From Neoconidiobolus thromboides FSU 785 (Eukaryota; Fungi; Entomophthoromycota), in contig MU626421.1 in assembly GCA_025603075.1 (NCBI GenBank), forward strand, positions 1 through 43,980: a stretch of DNA of 43,980 bases, written 5' to 3'. Position numbers and translations under genes: made by a program. Positions within the stretch are counted from its first letter, which is position 1; each line of letters opens with the position of its first letter. This document shows, in pieces, positions 37,805 to 43,980 of the stretch. Below the pieces are notes generated by a model. That model worked only from the letters and a program-made list of their open reading frames with translations, searched no databases and had not been told where the DNA came from.

Positions 37805-38641
37805 TCAAAATCGATTAAATTCCAATGATGAAGCAGAGCTAGGATTACTCATACTTGAGTTATTAGATTGATTGATTAAACTCAACATTTCCAACTGTGA
37901 TACATTTTTTCTACATTTTTTAGAAGATAAATGACGCTTATAGATATCGGATCTATAAAACGATTTCTGACATGTTTTGCATTCATATGGCCTTAAATTG
38001 ATATGAGTTAATACATGACGACGCATTGAATTCTTACGTGAAAATTCAATATTACATACTGGGCATACGAAGTGACCAGCGGATTTAATACATCCTGGCT
38101 CATTACAGTCCTCTTTACCACCACATGGGCACTTGTTTGTTGGGCAACGTTTTGCTTTCAAGGCTCTTGGAGTTGGTTCTCTTGAAATCAAATTTTGTGG
38201 GATATCCAATAGTTTTTCATCTACAGAATATGAGCTGGGCATGCTTGGAGAAGTTGCGGCAGCATTGCTACTGATTTCCCAATGTTGTTGGTTTTGTTGA
38301 TCAAATTCAAAATGGTTGGTTGGGGATGGTACTGAAAAGGTAGGAGAATTCATAAACATATCTTGAGATATTCTAAGTGGGGAAAATGGCTGTACATTGG
38401 ATGGTATGGTATAGTTTGCCATTGTAGCACTCATTGGCTCGCTTTCAAATGAAGATGAAAATAAATTTGGTGAGCAGTAAGTGGAGTTCATGTTATTTGG
38501 GGTATTGATATTCATGTTCATAAATGGAGTATATGGAATACTAGGAGAATCGGGAGATGGGTAGTTTTCCATGTAGTTGTTTATGTGAAACAAAGATGCT
38601 TCATTTAAAGGGGTAATGTTTGGATAACGAGAATTAATCAT
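37805..38641 (-). CDS. C2H2 zinc-finger transcription factor (278 aa)
   Basis: Intronless. S/P/N/M-rich N-terminus; fingers FVCPVCNIEFSRKNSMRRHVLTH and YECKTCQKSFYRSDIYKRHLSSKKC joined by an INLRPY linker. Confidence 0.92.
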   Translation of the reverse strand: MINSRYPNITPLNEASLFHINNYMENYPSPDSPSIPYTPFMNMNINTPNNMNSTYCSPNLFSSSFESEPMSATMANYTIPSNVQPFSPLRISQDMFMNSPTFSVPSPTNHFEFDQQNQQHWEISSNAAATSPSMPSSYSVDEKLLDIPQNLISREPTPRALKAKRCPTNKCPCGGKEDCNEPGCIKSAGHFVCPVCNIEFSRKNSMRRHVLTHINLRPYECKTCQKSFYRSDIYKRHLSSKKCRKNVSQLEMLSLINQSNNSSMSNPSSASSLEFNRF

Positions 38642-41600
38642 ATTAAAGTATTAAAATATAAGAGTTTTAAATTTTTTTTATAAATTGAATGAAGCAAAAA
38701 TCCGAGTATTTATATCTTTTTTTTAAAAATTAATTTCAAATAATAAACAATAATAACTGCTTTGAAAATATAAAAGTAATAACAATTATATGCTAAAAAA
38801 GAATTGAAATAAATCTCGGGAACTAGCTGAATTATGCATAAAAAGAATAAATAAGATAAATTAAGGTAAAATCAACAATCCAACTTAAATTGAAACTTAA
38901 TGATTTAAGTCATTTTAAATTCAAAAAATTTCAAAAGTACTCATTAAAAATTTTATGCACTTGATCAATTAATTGAACCACTAATGCTTTTTAAATAGAT
39001 AAATAGAAATAGAATATAGAAACAGTAAAACATAGGCAACAAAATATGAAGCTATAGAGTATATAATAATATATAATAATATATGATAATATTGAATGAA
39101 ACTACATAATGAATTTAATTTAAGAGGTAGATATGTTCATTATACATAACATGACGATAATTTGTGATGACAACCTACTTTTTGCATTTCAAACTTTTGA
39201 TTTTAGCTTTCCTTTTTTAGCTTGTTTTTCACACAGCCAATCAAATAAATCAAAAGCTAAATTTTGGACTTGTTACCGTTTTTATCACTTTCCTTTTCAG
39301 TCAAAAAAATTATGCTCATAAATTTTGATTAAAATATAGATGATTTGTATATTATATTTTATTATATTACTTAATTATTATAAAATTTAAATTAAATATA
39401 TCATAGTATTAATATTATATTATATTATATTATTTAATGATAATTATTTAGTTGAGAAAATAACAATGAAGATTAAAAATAGCTTCTAATAAACATCGGT
39501 AAAACTAGTTAATTGATATTTTAATTGAGTCATGAAACTTTTGTTTCAAATTTCTCATTTTCATTCAAGTTTATTAATAGCAGCTGTAGCAGCAATATCA
39601 ACAACATTTCAATCACCTTCGTACTCTATTATTATTATCATTATTAATTTATTTTTAAATCCACCCACTAATTTGTACTAAAGTATTAATGGACTTAAAT
39701 TTATTAGTATAGTAGTGTCTTATTAATAAAAAAAAGTGCTACCAGTTTATAGCTAATTAAAAAATAAATTTAATTGATTTTACATTTATTACAATTATTA
39801 ATAAAGTTGATCTAATAAATAGTGTATAGTGTTATTAACTAATTAATGGTTGGTTTATTACCGTCTTACTTTCATTTGCTATGTATTTTTGTTATTCTTT
39901 AAATAGATTATTTGAACAACTTGTTTTATACAGTCATTACAGCTCTTTTGGGATATGACTAACTGCTATTTTAACAAGAAAGTTATATTAAAAATCGTCA
40001 AAATAAAATATCAAGCATTAGAAAACTGACTATGTAAATAAATTAACTATAAAAATCAACGCTAAAAAAGCCATAAAAGAGTTGCAACAACTATATTACG
40101 CAATAAAACGCCAACTAAAATTCAATATAGTTCCTTAGCTGATATTTTATATTTCAGTTAGGGTGGTTTAAAGTTGACTTTTGGAATAAGTACTTCAGAA
40201 ATAGCATAGAAAATGAAAGCTCTTAGATAAAGAATAAAAGTTCACATTTTAACTTCTAAGACCTTTTAAAATGAAAATTGGTATATGTTTTAAACATCAG
40301 TCCTATTTCTTTTTGTTTTATTAAAATTGGTTTTGTTTTTTGTTGTTATTAGTGATACATCATATTGTCATTTTTATTACTGGACTTTAAAGATTTAAAG
40401 TATAACTTGTACTAATAAAGTGAAACAAAAATGAAACAAAAAAAATAAAACTCGTAATCTTAATTAATTAAATGTCCCTGTTTCTTATTATTGTTGCAAT
40501 TTTATAGCAAATCTAATTTATAGCTACATGCTACACTAATAGATAATACTTTGTAATAGAGATAAACTAATTTTGTACCTTATAAAGTAACTTTAACAAG
40601 TTTCTATTTTTAAACTATGCTCAACTTATCACTATTAGTATTAAAAGATAAAATTGAATCATTCTCTTCTACCATTAGTCGTTTTTCCCTTTTCCCTTAA
40701 GTCAATTTATTTTTTATATTATTTAATGCGGTACTATAGCTATACTTATTCATAACGATAAGTTATTATTATTTTTATATATAACTATTTGTATGTTTAA
40801 GTTTTTATTCCTGTTATTTGCTTATTTATTTATAGTGGCGAACTTTGAATATTAATCAATTTATTGTAAAATGGGTAATTTGATAACATTTTTCCTAAAT
40901 CATTATTTAATTTAGGCAACTAATACTTTTAACTTTAACACTTGTAAATTAATTAAATTTTGATTTTCAACCTCACAATGAAACTTGTACTAATACACCA
41001 ACTTTGTGCTTTCTGTTGGGTTTTAGCATGTTTAGTTATCGCCGAAACATGAAAAGTAAATTTGTTGCATAGACTTAGATTGACGAATATGTTTCAATTA
41101 TATTAAGGCAAGAACACCCGTCATCTACTATTGATAATAAACAAGATTTTGATTCAAGAAGAATAGTAGGGTGCGTTTAAAAAAGCTAGCAATCGTTTAG
41201 CTATGAAAACAGGAATTCAAAATCCAAAGAACAGTTTTAAAATCAAAAAATATAACGGCAAGGCTAAGTAAAAAAATATATGAAAAGTGTAAAATGATCA
41301 AACGGAAATTTATCTTTAGTAACGTGATTTTGAAGCTGATATAATAAAAAGGCATAATCATAGCGAAATTGAACTAAAGTAAATAAATATGGTAAGTTGA
41401 ATTTTTTATATAGAACCAATAAATAAATTTAGAACTAAATAAAGTAATCCAAACACTTTTCAAATGATCTATTTTCGCTATTTATTTTTAAAAAGCTTGA
41501 TAATCAATATGTCTGTTTAATAATTAGTAGAATATAGAAATTTATTATATTGTACTGTTTTTTGTGGTTCAATAAGTTACTTGAATTGACATTATCTTCT

Positions 41601-43636
41601 CCCTAATTAAACTATATTGGCTTCAATCATTTGTTGTATTACCATCATCATTATTATCATTGTCCTATTGCCACTTTATTATTATTATTTTGAAAAATAT
41701 AGACAATTGCAAATACAAGTGATAAAACTTAAAATACAAAAATGGTAAATTAAAAGGCTGTTAGAATAAAAATCAAGTTTAATCTTTATTCTTCAACCAC
41801 TGTAGTTCTTAATATAATAAGCAGGTTTAAATTGTGATAATATAATTAAGTTGGTCTAATACTACCATATATTCTTTAGTATAAACTCGGGGATCACCTT
41901 TTATTTATTCAAGTAGTTCCGGAGAAAAATCAACAACACCTTTATTAATAAAACCATTCTTTACACTATGACAAAGTAGATTTATCCTGAACCTTATTAA
42001 AAACTCTAGTAAAACTTTGGTAGATGTCATTTACTTTAATGTTTTACGATATGTATTCATATGCTCTTTGTTTTTAAACTTAGCTCTTTTGAATGATACC
42101 TTATTCTTGCTCCAAGGATACTTCTTCGACGTAAAGTGTCTAAAGATAAGGTTGAATAAATTTAAAATTTTATAAAAACAAAAAATTAATAATAAAATTA
42201 AAAAATAGGGTGAAAATATTTGAAAGTTATTTTTATTTTTAAATTAGTCAAAAAAATCAAGACTTTGCAATTGAAAAAAATTATAAAATAAATGCTATGG
42301 CATTAAAATACTTGTTTTAATAAAAGTTTGTAGTTTGGAATTTATATATAGCCTCTTGAGCATCATTCACTTTTGCAGAAACTCGGTTAGAGTTAATCTC
42401 TTGGAGCGAATTTGTCAAAGATAGATATTTAACCAATAAGATTTAAAATTAGTTAATTGAATCAATTTTTGATAAGCTAAACTTTTCTGAGTTTATTGAT
42501 TAAATGCTATTATTTTTAAGTTGAACGGATATAACCATCTTAATTACTCAATAAGCTAAAAAAATAGATCATTTAGAAGTATAGTAAAGACGTAATTTAA
42601 TACAACTTTTTCTCTCCTTCTTTTAAATATAAAAACTTAAAAATATATCGTATTAGCTTTAAAAAGCCACCTTTTTTTAAAATTAACTCCTAGATGGGCC
42701 TTATAGATGGTTGTTTTAATAATAAGTTCTATGGTCTTTAAAAACTACTAAGCTTTAAGTAGCAGCAGTCTGAGAAGCATATTCCTATTATTCTTTTTTG
42801 TATGAGTATTTCCAAACTATCATATTTGTCTCAAGATAACTTTGAACAAACTGCAATATATTTTTTAATAATAATTCAAAACTAAAATGAGCAATAAAAC
42901 TTTGAGTAGAAATTAAATAAATATATCTAAAACTGCAACAACGTTTGTTTCAATATTTTGAAATTTGTTTAAATTCCTTTAAATTATTATTAGAAATATT
43001 TATTAAAACTTGCTCAAATTTCCTTCTAGAGATAATTGTGACAAACCAAAATACTAAATAAGAATAATTAAGAAAGTAATTTTATTGTAAAGGATAAAAG
43101 CTATATGAGAAAAATGGAACATAGGTTAATTTAAAAATTGCGAGTTCTGAAACTAACCATATAATTTTATTTGGAGCAAATAGTACTATATAGACATATA
43201 TAAGTTGCTAATTATATTTTATAATCATCCTATTAAATTTTCAAAATATTTAACATCTTGAATAATTAAAATTTTATTTAATCCACTTTTAAGCGTATTT
43301 TGTTGTAATACTTCATAAATGATAGAAAAGTTTATGAAGTATCTCCCAAAATAACTTTAAGTAGTCTAGTTGTTATGATCATATTAAATTTAATACAGGA
43401 ACTGATATAAATTTCTTTAGAAGTTAAAACAGCAAAATGAATGTAAAAAAGAGGACTCAAGTAAAAAAGTTTGGAAATAGAAAACGGTAAAATATGAGAA
43501 AGTTAGTTTAGTATATAAAAACAGCATAAAGTATCAACTAAATATATAGCTTGTGTTAATTTTAAGTTATATATAAAAGGGGTATAGGTTTTGAAAATGA
43601 TACACAAGAGACTATGGGTTTTTTGCAATCGTTATA

Positions 43637-43736
43637 TAGGGATGTTTTTTTTGATTTCATTATTTTTACATCTTTTAAGCGTTATTTAAGTGGAAAAATT
43701 GCTAGTAAAATTCTTAAATACAAAAATACATCCCCA
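43637..43736 (+). mobile_element. MITE-like element, copy 7 (best preserved)
   Basis: TA|TAGGGATGTTTTTTTTG...CAAAAATACATCCCCA|TA. Confidence 0.88.
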
Positions 43737-43927
43737 TACTATTAAAACAATCAAGTAGTAAAAATGTTGAGTTATTTACTCAATAATTAACTATGTTTAG
43801 TTATTAGGTTAATGATCATATTTTATATTGAAATAAAGTAAACACTATATTAACTAAACACTGTACCAATTTAACCTGAATTTAGTAAGTAATCTAATAT
43901 AAGTTTTATTAGATTTATTTAATTATT

Positions 43928-43980
43928 TGGGACTGTTTTTTTAGTTTTATTGTTTTCCATTTTTTAAGCGCTATTTGAGT
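43928..43980 (+). mobile_element. MITE-like element, copy 8 (cut by window end)
   Basis: TGGGACTGTTTTTTTAGTTTTATTGTTTTCCATTTTTTAAGCGCTATTTGAGT matches the left half of the family. Confidence 0.75.

Noticed and set aside
39526-39532. TGAGTCA AP-1/Gcn4 site upstream of the TF
   Set aside because: A few chance copies of this 7-mer are expected per window at this base composition.

Overview
A very AT-rich eukaryotic window with short (mostly 45-60 nt) GT-AG introns and the standard genetic code. The fungal-type ATP18 and AFI1 genes, together with SNAPC3, suggest an early-diverging fungus such as Zoopagomycota or Mucoromycota (inference). I can build 16 protein-coding gene models by hand: two tandem DHA1-type MFS transporters, RLI1/ABCE1, AFI1/MesA-like, an unknown coiled-coil protein, a PIG3-like quinone oxidoreductase, a small Lys-rich protein, CHMP7, LSM8, ATP18, a CLASP_N/TOG plus Glu-rich protein, an AFG2/SPATA5-family double-AAA ATPase, SNAPC3, a putative mitochondrial helical protein, DPH7 and a C2H2 transcription factor. 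There is also one tRNA-Lys(UUU). The strongest unexplained structure is a ~92-100 bp MITE-like element with terminal inverted repeats, found in 8 copies, whose termini have decayed mainly by G:C to A:T changes. Other highlights: a precise intron presence/absence difference between the MFS paralogs, a possible fossil third MFS copy between them, and an AFG2B-like ATPase with no room for its N-domain whose stop lies 35 bp from the SNAPC3 stop. I see no CRISPR array, rRNA or intact transposase. No searches were run; gene models and family calls come from reading the sequence.
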